Source: the human T2T-CHM13v2.0 reference genome, Homo sapiens. From it: 64,000 bases of DNA. The notes under the pieces were generated by a model, which was given only the letters and a program-made list of their open reading frames with translations, searched no databases and was not told where the DNA came from. Numbering within the stretch: position 1 is the first letter of the stretch; every line of letters starts with the position of its first letter. The stretch lies in NCBI RefSeq assembly GCF_009914755.1, contig NC_060925.1. The stretch is one strand, 5' to 3'. Position numbers and translations under genes: made by a program. Of the stretch, positions 11,940 to 25,500 are shown one piece after another.

Positions 11940-13911
11940 GAATGTAATATATTATATTACAAATAATGTGATATATGTGACATACATATATGTATATTAT
12001 ATATACATACATATATGTATGTATATATAATACACATATATGTATGTATATATACACATACATATATGTGTGTATATATACACATACACTTATATGTGTG
12101 TGTATATATACACATACACTTATATGTGTGTGTATATATACACATACACTTATATGTGTGTGTATATATACACATACACTTATATGTGTGTGTATATATA
12201 CACATACACTTATATGTGTGTGTATATATACACATACACTTATATGTGTGTGTATATATACACATACACTTATATGATGTATGTGTATATATACACATAC
12301 ACTTATATGATGTATGTGTATATATACACATACACTTATATGATGTATGTGTATATATACACATACACTTATATGATGTATGTGTATATATACACATACA
12401 CTTATATGATGTATGTGTATATATACACATACACTTATATGATGTATGTGTATATATACACATACACTTATATGATGTATGTGTATATATACACATACAC
12501 TTATATGATGTATGTGTATATATACACATACACTTATATGATGTATGTGTATATATACACATACACTTATATGATGTATGTGTATATATACACATACACT
12601 TATATGATGTATGTGTATATATACACATACACTTATATGATGTATGTGTATATATACACATACACTTATATGATGTATGTGTATATATACACATACACTT
12701 ATATGATGTATGTGTATATATACACATACACTTATATGATGTATGTGTATATATACACATACACTTATATGATGTATGTGTATATATACACATACACTTA
12801 TATGATGTATGTGTATATATACACATACACTTATATGATGTATGTGTATATATACACATACACTTATATGATGTATGTGTATATATACACATACACTTAT
12901 ATGATGTATGTGTATATATACACATACACTTATATGATGTATGTGTATATATACACATACACTTATATGATGTATGTGTATATATACACATACACTTATA
13001 TGATGTATGTGTATATATACACATACACTTATATGATGTATGTGTATATATACACATACACTTATATGATGTATGTGTATATATACACATACACTTATAT
13101 GATGTATGTGTATATATACACATACACTTATATGATGTATGTGTATATATACACATACACTTATATGATGTATGTGTATATATACACATACACTTATATG
13201 ATGTATGTGTATATATACACATACACTTATATGATGTATGTGTATATATACACATACACTTATATGATGTATGTGTATATATACACATACACTTATGTGT
13301 GTGTATATATACATATACTTATATACTTATATGTATATGTACATATATACTTATATGTACATACATATATACTTATATAAGTATATATGTGTATGTACAT
13401 ACACATACTTATATGCATGTATATATACATATATACTTATACGCATGTATATATACATATATACTTATACGCATGTATATATACATATATACTTATACGC
13501 ATGTATATATACATATATACTTATATGTATGTATATATACATATACACGTATACATATATGTATGTATGTATACATATACACGTATACATATATGTATGT
13601 ATGTATACATATACACGTATACATATATGTATGTATATATACATATACACACATGCATGTACATATGTGTGTATACATGACGTGTATGATATACATGTGT
13701 ATGATATGTATATATACATATCATATATGTGTATATACAAACATATATGTATGTCACTGCTATGATATGTGTATATATACAAACATTTATGTATGTCACT
13801 GCTATATGTGTATATATACATACAAATATGTATAGCACATATATATACGTATGTATACAATGTGATGCTGATACAAATATCACATTATTTGTAATGTAAT
13901 ATATTACATTC
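11940..13911. repeat. Compound TA-rich minisatellite: six 30-bp units (12091-12270), 31 x 33-bp unit TATATGATGTATGTGTATATATACACATACACT (12271-13293), then degenerate 28- and 34-bp units
   Basis: Counted directly; register recurs every 330 nt (12271, 12601, 12931, 13261). Confidence 0.97.
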
Positions 13912-14150
13912 TTTGTAAGCCTGGTAGCTGAGTCAATAATGTTTCTCACTTCAGTAACTCACTGTGTAGAAACCAGATTTTTCCTTTTTCCTTCTGCTTT
14001 ATCCCAGTCCAGATGGTCTAGCTTTGAACAAAAGTCATGAATATAGACTTCCTTCATGGTGAGAATATCCTCTGGGGACTTTGGGTATGTTTTTTTTCCA
14101 ACAGAAAGATTTAACCTGAGACATCTTTGTCTATCAGAGTAGTTCTGATA

Positions 14151-14477
14151 CATGTTGAGCATCCATAATATGAAAATCCAAAGTAAAATGTTCCAAGATC
14201 TGAAAGTTTTTGAGCTCTGACATGATGCCACAAGTAGATTCCACACATAAGTACATAACACAAACTTTGTTTCATGCACAATATTATTTAAAATATTGTG
14301 TAAAATTACCTCCAGGCTATGTGTATAAAGCACATATGAAACATAAATGAATTTTGTGTTTAGACTTGGATCCTATCCCTAAGATATCTCATTCAGTACA
14401 TGCAAATTTTCCAAAATCCAAAAAAAATTCTGAACACTTCGGGTCCTAAATGTTTTGGATAAGACATACTCAAACTG
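14151..14477. mobile_element. Tigger4/MER46-type (TcMar-Tigger) non-autonomous element
   Basis: TA-flanked termini catgttgagcatcc / catactcaaactg; internal aaaattacctccaggctatgtgtataa. Confidence 0.85.
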
Positions 14478-14769
14478 TAATGGTGACTCTTAAAAATTAA
14501 AAGGTCTATATTTTAATTTATTTCTTCCTTGAAGGAAGAAAATTTGTCCTCATGCAAATTTGTCCACTCCTTGAAACTTCTTCTACAAAAAGAATTTCAA
14601 GTTGTGCTTCCTTGGGCACCTTTGAAGTAAACACACACACACACATGCACACATGCACACACACACACATACACTTTCTAATTATCCCTACCTCTACACC
14701 AGGACTCACTAGAACTCAAGTAAAATTCAGTTTGAATTTTCCGAGCAATCTCACACAGACACCTACAAA

Positions 14770-14950
14770 AAGACAGCAGAGTGTGGTGATTAATGACATC
14801 TGGGTTGAGTCCTGACTTCATCTTTTACCAGCTCTAAGACCTTAGGCAAATTAATTGCTTGGCACCTTAGTTTCTTCTTTTGTAAAATGGTGATTATAAT
14901 GCCTTCCTCATGGAGATGTTGTGAGGAATAGAATAATAATTTGATAATGC
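14770..14950 (+). mobile_element. MIR
   Basis: gaccttaggcaaatt...cttagtttc...tgtaaaatgg...gttgtgagga. Confidence 0.7.
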
Positions 14951-15399
14951 TCATTTTGAAAGAGCACTTTCAAAAAGCAGGTTTACCATTAGCAACAGCT
15001 AATATTGTTGGTCATCTAATCAGGGACCGAGAAGGGCCACAGGCTCTCAGCAACGCAGTTAAGAGGTGACACCAGCTTCCTCTGCTGGGGTAAATGACTG
15101 AGAAACTCCTATTTTCTAAATATTGAGACAAGTTTCCCAATAACTGCACTGTTTTTTAGGATTTTGGGGAACCCATCCTAAGCCCTGAGCCAGGAACTCA
15201 GCCCCTGTAGTTCTTTGTATAATATATAACCCACTGACTTCTAAAAGGTTTCAAATGTAGTGACACAGGATGCTCCTGGGTCCCTTCTGAAGCACAGCCC
15301 ATTTGCCTCACACAGAGTTACAAAAGTTACACCCTGTTTTCAGAAAAACTTTCCCAATACAGGCAGAGAGTTCATGTTTATTTCATAAACCTTGTTTGC

Positions 15400-15800
15400 T
15401 TACATGTTCCAACCATTTTACAAATACTAACTCATTAAATCCTCATAACAACTCAATGGGGTAGGTTGTATTATTACCTTCATTTTACAGGTAGAAAAAC
15501 TGACGCACACGTAGGTCAAATAACCTGTCCAAGGTCATCTAGGGGAGTGGTAGAGCCAGGACTCAAACCCAGGCAGTCTGGGCCAGAATCTCTGCTCTGA
15601 ACTACTAATGTGTGCTGCCTTTCTTGATGAAAGGCTATTTTTTATTAAGCAATTCCTATGTGTGTACCAAGTGAAGGATTTGTCATTTATTTCTTAGGTA
15701 AAAGCAGGATTATCCCCATTTTATAGATGTGAAAGCTGAAATTGATTGAGGCTCAGTGACTTCACCAAACTCCTATAGATGACTAGTAGCAAAGCAGTGC
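15400..15800 (-). mobile_element. MIR fragments
   Basis: cattttacaggtagaaaaactga...ccaaggtca...agagccaggactcaaacccaggcagtctg; ccccattttatagatgtgaaagctga. Confidence 0.8.
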
Positions 15801-16299
15801 CTATTCTTGTAAGGACTATACTATCTCACCTCTCAAAGAAGTATTTGATAACTAAAAAACAGTGATACATGCTCTTATTTAAAGAAAAAAATATGCCACT
15901 TTTTCCCTTCTTTTTCATGGATTTACTAAATCAAGCTAAATTCAGTTTCCAGGAAAATTCATTTAATGAAAACATTAACGTATTAGAATAGGTGCATCAT
16001 TTTATATTTATTATTCACTGATTAATTCATTCATTTCACAAATATTTACTTGGAACTGACTCTGTGCCAGGCACTGCATGTGTTTGATCAGATCGGTGTG
16101 CCAAAAATACACAAATCTCAGGGCTCTTTTGTTTAATGGTGATTGCAAATGTGGCTCCTAAGACACATGACTCTGGGTATCACGCCCTAGTTAATTCTTT
16201 TCCAACACATTTATTTGCAGTTGTGCAGACTTATCCAGGACAGAGTCACTGGCTTTGGACTCCTAAAGGACAAACATCAGATAGGGTGAGTGAAGTTCT

Positions 16300-19200
16300 C
16301 ACTAGATTTTCAAGTGCTTTGTTTGACACCCGCTCGAAAGGTTTACCTTGCCCACTCAGGCCACTATGCTATAAATCCCTATCCTGTAGCCAATTGCATA
16401 GATCGTAGACATTTAAATTTGCTGTCCACTCCTGGAGAATAATTACAGCTATTTAATTATATTCATAATTTAGCGTACACCTGAAAAATATGCTGTGAAA
16501 TATCGGGGGGATCCTTTAATACTGGTGTTCCATTTACAGACTGTCACATTTATAATGCGTCTTTAATCGTCTAGGGTCTGCTAGAATTTTTTATTACAGT
16601 CTGCCTTGTGCTTTAAATATTAAAGATTCGGCAATACTTCAAAAGGTGATAATGCCTGATGCTCTGATGGTGCTTAAACCTCAACGGCTAAATATATTGA
16701 GGAATGTTCAGTGGGCCTGGCTTAATTAAACATGCATGTGTATTTTCAAATGCAATCTTTTTCTGCTTGTTAGGTTTTTGACAAACCTCCAAACAGGTCC
16801 AGGTGGAACAAAGCATGTAAACAGCCTTGTGAATGGAGCTTAAAACACTCAAATTAGCACCTTCCTGCAATTAATATGCAAACCTTGGAATCTCTGCAAT
16901 TGATAATGCCATTGAATACTATTTGCGGCTTAACAGTGTATCTTTGCCATTTCATTTTTTAAAAACGTGTCCAGTTTAATTATGCAAGAAGACATTGGTG
17001 ACGGCTTCTTAGCCAATGAGATAGTATTTGTTTTCCGCAACTTATTCTTCTCTCTGGAACCCAGCATGCATTACAAGGCAGTGGCAGGCTTTAAATGTAT
17101 CATTTATTTTCATTATATAGCACTTAAAAGGTAGCCTTCTTCTAATTCAGCATGCCGTGTCAAAGCAGCCAGACTTCTCATAAGCCCTGATACCAAATTA
17201 CCTGTGGCTGTGGATACTTGAAAACTACTTAAGCAGCTTTCACAATTAAAAAAAAAATGGCATGAATGCAAAATTCCTCAATATTACTTTGGAAAAAAGA
17301 TCTCTATTTGGCATTTGCCACATTTTAGACTTCTCTGAAAAGTGTGTTTCAAAGAAATTGTATTTTGTTTTTGAACATGTACATTTAAATTTTTGTCACA
17401 AGAAATGAAATATTAAGCTCAGATTTCCAATCCAAGACTTCTGGACATCTTTTCATAGAGCCATATAATATTGCCTAATATTAAAATCCCCATATAAATA
17501 ACACTTTGAATAGCTGCTCATCTATCTGGAAATATTACTTACTAAAGCTACCCAAATAGAGATTGGCTGTAGTTTGAAAAGGGAACAATATGTTTTACAG
17601 ATGAGCCAAAGAGACTAGATTTGAATGATTCAATCTGCTATAGAATCAACATGTAACAATTGCTGGACTAGATAAAAACTGTAATAAAAATATATACGGT
17701 AGCCTCCAATAAAAGTTCAATTATTATACTGTAATAGGTAAACTTGTGCAAAAAAAATTAAAAAAATAAAAAAGGTCTATGAGATCCGAGGCAGTATTAG
17801 AGCAATTTTCTAGGTGAGGCAGTGCTAGTGGGATATGACAGGTGAGGTATTGTTATTATAATACCTAAGGCAAAGCAGCAACCACACAAAATGATAGACA
17901 AATCTGAATTAATATGATATGATCGGCGAGGTGGCATTTGAATATAATCTTCCTGTATTGTGCAGAAGGCTGCATGCATATTATACAACAAATGAATTGT
18001 GTGGAAGGGTGTAGACAGAAGACTCAGTGGGAGGAAAGACAAATTACAGGCAAGATTTCAGAAGATATTTCTGTTTTGCTGGGTAAGAAGCACACTTGGA
18101 AATTGGATTTGTAAACAAATTAAAAACTGAGATTTTTTTCTAAAGCAGCCTTCAGTGAGTGTTGACAATAAGCACTTAACCTTGGCAATTGAAGGACTTT
18201 GAAACAAATAATTAGGGAAAGATAGGGGGGTGATGGGGAGCACATTTTAATTTTGTTTCCTGTGTTAATAATCCATAGTTAGTATTTCTATCCTGGATCT
18301 GTGAGGCCAGTAGCCATTTTAGATCCCCGATGGGAAAATGCTGACTTCCTGAGAATTTCAGCCATCTTTTGCTTTCTTGATCTACGATGACCACCTCTAA
18401 TTAAAAGTCTTAATCATATCCGAACCCTGAAAGCACATAGGAGACCACAGCCCACTGAAAGGGCCCATTTTATTAAGCGACAGAAACTCTCAGAAATTTG
18501 AGCCTGCAGAAACTGTCTGCGTGATCTTTAATGGATTTTTAAAGATGACAAGAAAGGAAATGGGAAAGTAAAGCAATGGAAGGCAGAAATTCCCTGAAGG
18601 AGCATTCTGAAGTAAATCAGTGCAACTGAAAAAGTGAACTCCTAGGGCCTGGGGATATCTCCCAGGTTTTTCAGCTGGACACTTACGGCCTGTTGGGTCC
18701 CTGAACACCTCTGCTCTGGGCGGACTTTGACAGAGCAAGTCACAGAAAGATGAACGACAGCACCTGAAGTGCTGTTTGCGGGGCAGAAAATTGCTCCCTT
18801 TGCACGCTGGGCTGCCTTTGCTCTCTATCACATGACTTATTACAGCCTCTCCATATAACAGGGCCATTTATGTATGTTAACTTGGCCAGCCGTAATGGTA
18901 TTCTTTGCCTCCTTTTTCACTGCTGCTTGGGCAATTAAAAACAAAGGAAGCAAATGAGGTCAGCACTCATAAAATCTGAGTCTATAGGTGACAGACATCC
19001 TGAGACCAAATAGCCTTGGATGCAGCCAGAGTGTAAGGAAACCGTGAGCAAGAAAACATCCCTGCTTCCAAGGGCTTTTGCTTAGATGCTGATTTTCTTG
19101 GGTGAAATGCTGATTTCCCAGGCTGATTTTAGTTTTTTTTTTTTTAATCAAACTAAATAAGGTACATCTTTTAAGGAGTTTGGTAAATGCTACTAATACA

Positions 19201-20050
19201 ATTATGTGCCCATATGGAAAAGGGACATGAGTGTTCTCTTTAATCTTCTAGCACAAAGACCAATATTTTAACCTCAGAGTAGAATTTAATCTCTAGCAGC
19301 TCTTGAAATAGCAGCTCTATTGATGTCGCACAATTACAGTAAGTGTTTGAAATGTCCCATACACAGGTATACAAGGATATCTCATTCTATTTTTCTGATC
19401 CCAGGCTTGTGATCACAATGATTTTGAAAAGCTAATTAGAAGAATCTTCTTTCTTCCCCTAGACCTGATTTAAATAGCACACTGGCTCTTATTCCACATC
19501 CTTCTGCTTCTACGGTATGTATACTATACACCTTGGTACATGACATAAACACTTAAGAAGAAAAACAATTCTCAACATCAGAGTTGACTTATACAATGTC
19601 CTGACTTTACTGCTTTGCTCCCATCCCTGAAGCTGGCAATAGCCCCCACACCCTTCCCACGCCTGAGGCCTCCTGGTTATAAGAAGCACTGAGAAGGCAG
19701 CATGGGGAAGGTGATTGTTAGCCATTCTCCACCAGTGGCTGCAGGAATTCAACAAGGAAGACCTCAAGTTGACCTAATTACTTATATTTTCTTCATGTCT
19801 TGGAATATTACTCCATAGATCTTAAATGTAAAAGTACACATAGCAATTATCCCAAACATAACTCCAATTGCACAAATATTCCTAAAACTCCTGGAATACA
19901 TAACCATCGGGTCCCTCTTAAGCAGAATTCATACAGGACCACTGCAGGGCTCAACAATGGCCAAGAAAACAGAATGGGACAGAATCATAATATAACATCT
20001 GGGTGTAGCTTTCTGCCTCTAGAATTAAACTGTGCCTGCCCTTCAAACAC
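16300..20050. promoter_or_regulatory. Repeat-free island, candidate conserved enhancer cluster
   Basis: About 3.7 kb with no recognisable TE; POU/homeobox-like motifs TTAATTAA 16722, TTAATATGCAAA 16871, TAATTATGCAA 16977; conservation is inferred, not seen. Confidence 0.45.
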
Positions 20051-20139
20051 CCATACTTGAGAAGTTTAAGAAATAGCCTTAATTTTCACATATCAGGAGA
20101 GGGATATCTTTACGTTTATTACTAAATTTCTGGCCATAT

Positions 20140-21010
20140 TTCATGTAATATATTAATTAACTTAATGACAGATTGCTTTCTGTTTTCCTATATTTTATTT
20201 CATAGTGATTTAGTTCCATACTAGATTATAAGCTTTTTGAAAGAAGGACTAAATCTTACATGGCTCTTGTCTTATGTTCAGCCAGGGTTAAGAACAACTG
20301 CTATAGACCAGAACATGATTGCACGGAGATGGGCCTGAAAAAGACCTGTCAGAATCAGATTCTGAGGGCCTTGAATAGCATGCTCATGAGCTTGGACTTA
20401 ATTCTGTAAAAAATGAAGGGCCATAAAGGGCTTTTAAAATTCATGGGTGTCATGATCAGGTCTGTTTTAAAAAGAAAGTATGGTGACCAAATGGAGGATA
20501 AACTGGAGGAAGAAGAGATCATAGACAGGGAAATTCTGACAATACTTGAAACAGTCCTAGTGAGAGATAATTAAGCCTGAACAGAGCCTGTGGCAACACA
20601 GAGGAGGGGCCAAAACTGTTTAGAGAAACACTGGTTATCTACCCATGAATTATCTGTGGCAAATGCTGACACTAAATGTAAGGGTTTGAGAAATAAGGAA
20701 TCAAAATTGGTTCTAGGTTTCTAACTTGGATGATTGGCTAAGGATGACACCATCAACCAGGGGTAGAGATTCTTATTAAGGATGCTCAATTGTGGTTGAT
20801 TGAGTAGTCATAGGAGTATCATAGAAAAGATTAAAGCTCTGAAGAGAAGCATTAAACTAAATGATTCTAAAGAACCTTTTCAAGTTTGAAATTCTACAGC
20901 TCTCCTGCATAAAGTTATTAACTCATTGAAGGCAGGGTTTGCATTTTCATTTTTGTATTCTCCACAATGCATAGCGTTTTATAGGGGCTCAAACATATCT
21001 GATGAATGAA
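20140..21010. mobile_element. L2 fragments
   Basis: ctagattataagctttttgaaagaaggact; gagggccttgaat..catgctcatgagcttggacttaattctgta; ttgaaggcaggg...gatgaatgaa. Confidence 0.7.
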
Positions 21011-21049
21011 AAGGTATGAGATTAAAAGGACGTTTCTAAGAGGCTTCCT

Positions 21050-22900
21050 CACAAGCAGGGCTGTTTAAGTTTCCATCCTACTGTCGTTCTTACCTTTATT
21101 TCACATTATTCTGAACAATGCCTACAATTTCCATGTAACACAATTGCTTTTATGATCCAGTGCACAAACCAAGGTCCTTTTTCTTTATCTATAAATTTGA
21201 GCAGCTGCTGTTGCTGCTGCTGCTAATAATAATAAGAAAATAATTCCATCTTTATAGGGTTATGTGAGTCCATACAGTTGTCACCACCCAAAGGGCATGA
21301 AGGCAAGGAGACAACTGAGCACATTTCATACAAATTACTGTGGATGATGTGGACATGGCCACATTCAGCTTTCATTCAATCTTGCATAGCCAGATAAGCT
21401 CAGATGTTTGGTATTTGCTGCTCTGAATGTACTGCCAGTAACCTAGTAGGCCAAGTTAATATTAGCTCGCACTGGGTATATGTGGGTATTTTGTTGCTGT
21501 TTGGAGAAATGACCACTTTACTTGGTTATACTGACAGCTCTACTGTAAAATTTGCTGGCATTAAAGGTCAAAAAAAACCCAGTTTTCCTCTGGTTGCTTC
21601 CACCCAAAAGAGAATAAATCTGGGAGCTGAATCACTTCTCTGACAATAATTTATGAATCATGCATTGACTATGTTTGAATTGAGAAAGGCTTTCATATCC
21701 TTTCCATTAGCTCAGATTAAGTTTTCATATAGATGCTGAGAAGCATGCTAGCAATATCCTTAGCTCATTTTTATGAAAATTTTATCAGTGCTTTTTTCTG
21801 TACTACACTCCAATTGGGATGTCTCAGAATCTAAAGCTCAGCTTTGGACATGAACTTCTCTCAACCTGGCTGGCTGCTGCTCTAAAGGTTTCAATATTTT
21901 ATGGGCTCTGGCTAACTCAGCCGTGAGATTCAAGCTGCAGAGATTTAACTCTAATGTAAAATCATGAACGGATGAAAACTGGGATGTCATAAGTAATACA
22001 TCTACAAGAGCAGGATGCAGTTACCATTTTTAAAAGGGCTTTAAAAAGAAAACAACATTCTCTGTTCTGTCTTTATGCCCCAAAATGAAAAGCCCCTGAG
22101 CTATTGTACTAACACAGGGCCATCTTTTCTTCCCTGCTTTTCTTCAATTGTTGCTTAATTGTTGTGGTGGGCTGGGGTTTTTTCCCCTTAAGGTCCTCCC
22201 ATCCACATGAAAGCCCCTAATGTCTGCATTCCAGAGAAATGGACACTGCGTGGTCGAATGTGTATAGGCCAAACCCATTTCTTAGCATCTTCCTCTTTTT
22301 GTCTCAAAACTGATTTAAAACATTTGGAAAATCTGTCTATTCAGCTGAAGTGTTCCAGTGCATTCTTTCCTGGAAACAGTGGGGTCACATGTGATCTGTC
22401 TGATGGACTTTTCTGCTGCAATCTGTAGCCATTTCCCTCGAGCCCCGCAGAGCCTAGCAAAGCCGAGGAGCTCTGTAATGGCTCCAATAACAACGTGTTC
22501 TTTGTGTGAAAGAATCCAGGGGGAAGAGCTGGAGTAGACTGGCCAGCAACAACAACAAAAAAATCATTTTTTGTACTCATTTATTTCTTCATTATGTGCT
22601 TTGCCATTAAACATTCTTCACAGTAAATACACCTTTCCGTAAAACACTGCCCGAGCACGAAAAAATACAGAAAGTTCTGTTTTTTAAAAAAGGCTGTAGT
22701 CATCATCGCTAGTTATTAATCTGCTTCTAATAAGATGGTTGATGGCAGGAACTGCATTGCATTTGTCTGTACTTGTAACAGGAGAGATGGTTTCTAGACA
22801 GAGCTTAATTTATCTGTTCGAAAATGTCACCTGATGGATGCATTGGAATAAATCCATCTTTTCTAGTTTCAAAAATATCACAAAATCAACACTTCACTAA
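21050..22900. promoter_or_regulatory. Repeat-poor island, candidate regulatory region
   Basis: No recognisable TE; TTCCTGGAA (22367-22375) next to palindrome TCACATGTGA (22385-22394). Confidence 0.35.
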
Positions 22901-23379
22901 ATTAACTATAGAATCACAGAACTGGAAGAGACCAAATAAATCAGGTGGTGTGCCCATTCCCTTCAGGGAGCTGGATGTCCCACCAAAGGCAAAAAAGTGA
23001 CCGTGCTGGTCATTACAGCTTCAGGGACCCCAAGATCTTTCTCAGAACCTTCCTAGTACTCTGTCATGTTGAAAGTGGCAGTTCTGCCCTTGCATTCAAG
23101 AGAAGTTTAAACTATTTTAATCATAGCCCAGCTTCTCTTGTTTAGTTAACTACTTATAACATGGAAAACAATGCTTTCACATAAACCTCCTTATATCCTT
23201 GAAGATAGTCATGAAGTTTCGCCTCTGATCTTATCTTCTGTAGGATAAAACCAGCTTCTTTAGCATATTATATAATGGGCACTTCTCATCTATTTAATCA
23301 GTCCCAGAGGGTTGTGGCTTCAAATGACACTATAATATTTATAAATTATTAAATAAATTAAAATAAGGGTATTTTGCCG

Positions 23380-23610
23380 ACTAAATTGGCAAGATATCTA
23401 TATATCTATATCTATATATGCCCATTGTTGGTATGGGTGAGAAGTGAGACTTCTCATATGAAGCCAGAGGGTGGATGAATTGGTACAGCCTATTTGGAGG
23501 ACAATTCAGTACTAGGTATCAAGAATCGTCAAATATACATGCCCTTTGACCTAGTAACTCCACTTCCAGCAATTCATCCTAAGAAAATAATCAAGGATAT
23601 GGGAGAGATT
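23380..23610 (+). mobile_element. L1ME 3' fragment
   Basis: aattggtacagcc...atgccctttgacctagtaactccacttc...tcctaagaaaataatc. Confidence 0.7.
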
Positions 23611-23619
23611 AAACTACAG

Positions 23620-23621
<2 letters not shown>

Positions 23622-23672
<51 letters not shown>
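23622..23672. repeat. (CA)25 microsatellite
   Basis: Perfect CA run. Confidence 0.95.
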
Positions 23673-23675
<3 letters not shown>

Positions 23676-23719
23676 AGCATAAAATTCGTTTTGTTAAAAT
23701 AAAAAAAAACTACCTAACT

Positions 23720-23970
23720 TTTATTATGTACTTAGTCTATGCTCTAGGCACCAAGCTTAGCACTCTATGCATGTTATCTTATTTAATCTTAAAAACAAAC
23801 CTATGGATTACTTTTTATTATTATTACCATCATCTTCATCTTCATTTTACTGGGAAAAATTGAGGCTTTAATATTTTAAATAACCTTTCAATAGGAAGTG
23901 GCTATACTGGAACTTGACACTATGTCTATTAAATGACAGAGGCTTGTAGTCTTTAACAGTATGTTATACT
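23720..23970 (-). mobile_element. MIR
   Basis: atttaatctt...cattttactgggaaaaattgaggc. Confidence 0.65.
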
Positions 23971-24809
23971 AGTTACACAACCATACAAAAAGACTGGAAG
24001 TTAATAATCCAAAACATTAACATTTGTTATTCTGAATGTTGGGATTACTATTTGATTTTTTTCTTTAAATTTATTTTAAGATATCTAAAATAAACATAAA
24101 TTTCTTTTATTTATTTCAAGATCTCTAACATGAACATGTATTTCTTTTATAATGGGTGAAAAAAGATACTGTAACTTGGTACATCCCTCACTGACCATTT
24201 CCCATTCTGTCTCTTTCCCTCACACACACACACACACACACACATATATGTTCTATGTAATTTATTCTTCAAACACAATTTTTTTCCAACATTCAAAATT
24301 TTTGTCTTCATCATCCTCTCTAGGGTGTGTGCCCCTCTAAAGAGGCTCTGAAAGATTCCACTAAATGTAGACGAGCCCCAGTTCTTGCCTCTGAGGGCCA
24401 TATTAATTTTTCTTTTCTAACCCAGATGCCAATTAACATAGCTCCATTAGGGACCACTACTACCAAAGCAATCATATAGCCCTCAGTCTAAAAACAAATC
24501 ATTCATGTAAACTCAGTCTTGTTTTTAAGCCTTGTTTATAACTGCTAAGGATGTGAGTGCAACCTTCTGTCTGAAGGTGAGATACATTTTTTCCTGTTCT
24601 ATACATTTATTCATCATCAGCAGTAAGTGCACAACTGGACGTTTGCTGCAATTGCGGGGATGAGGATGATGAGGATGATGATACACGAGATCAGCAAAGC
24701 CATAGTTGATTGTGCTGCAGTCATGTTGCCTGCAACAAAACACACCATGGACTATTTTAACTTGAAAGGAAGTAAATACATATATGGGAAGGTGCCACAT
24801 TTCTAGCCC

Positions 24810-25500
24810 TATTCTTTCAGCAAACATTTATTGAGCAAGTATTATGTGTTATGCACTGTGCTAGACAGTCTACAAAGATGAATAAAGCATAGCCTCTGCC
24901 CTAGGGGAGCTCACAGTCCGGGGGAGAGAGACTATAAACATAATTTGGGGTCTGACTGTGAAGAACCTTGTTAAAAAGTTTTGACTTTATATTTTGGGTG
25001 TGGAGACTTTATGCTTTGGGTGTGGTTTTCAGTTATGACATAATGTAAGCTGCTTACTGAAGAAGTACTGTGATGAGAGTGTAGGAAACGAAGTAGGCTC
25101 TGAGAGACCATTCTACAACTGTGGCATGTTCAGGGAAAAATTTGTGCCATTTTGAACTAGGGCAGTGGGGATATTAATATATATTTTGTATATTGACTTG
25201 GCAAGTCTTCCTGCCCAAGTTGAAATTGAGAAGGGGTGTGTACAGTGAGGGAGCAGAAATTATGGTTGTCTTTGAAGCTTTTAACTTGAGTGACAATAGA
25301 TGGTAACACTATTCACCAAGAATGGGAATACAGAAGAAAAGTTCATAAGATGTTTTTGGAAATGCTAAGTTTGATGTATCTAAAGAACATAATATCAAGA
25401 TTTTTAGAAAGAAATTGGGAATGTGTATCTAGAACTCCTAGGAAAATTTGCTAGCAAGATGTTTTGTGATACTGTCATACAAATGTGAATTCAACCATCA
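24810..25500 (-). mobile_element. L2 (3' tail and body)
   Basis: ttcagcaaacatttattgagc...cactgtgctag...ctgccctaggggagctcacagtc. Confidence 0.75.

Noticed and set aside
12271-13293. CRISPR-like array (33-bp palindromic repeat)
   Set aside because: Units are contiguous with no unique spacers, no cas genes, and the context is primate DNA
11893-13949. Long ORFs (up to 606 aa) in several frames
   Set aside because: Periodic translations of 30/33-bp tandem repeats that happen to lack stops; open on both strands; no gene structure
14770-15620. Inverted MIR pair as another homogenised repeat
   Set aside because: By eye the copies are ordinarily diverged, with no long identical tracts
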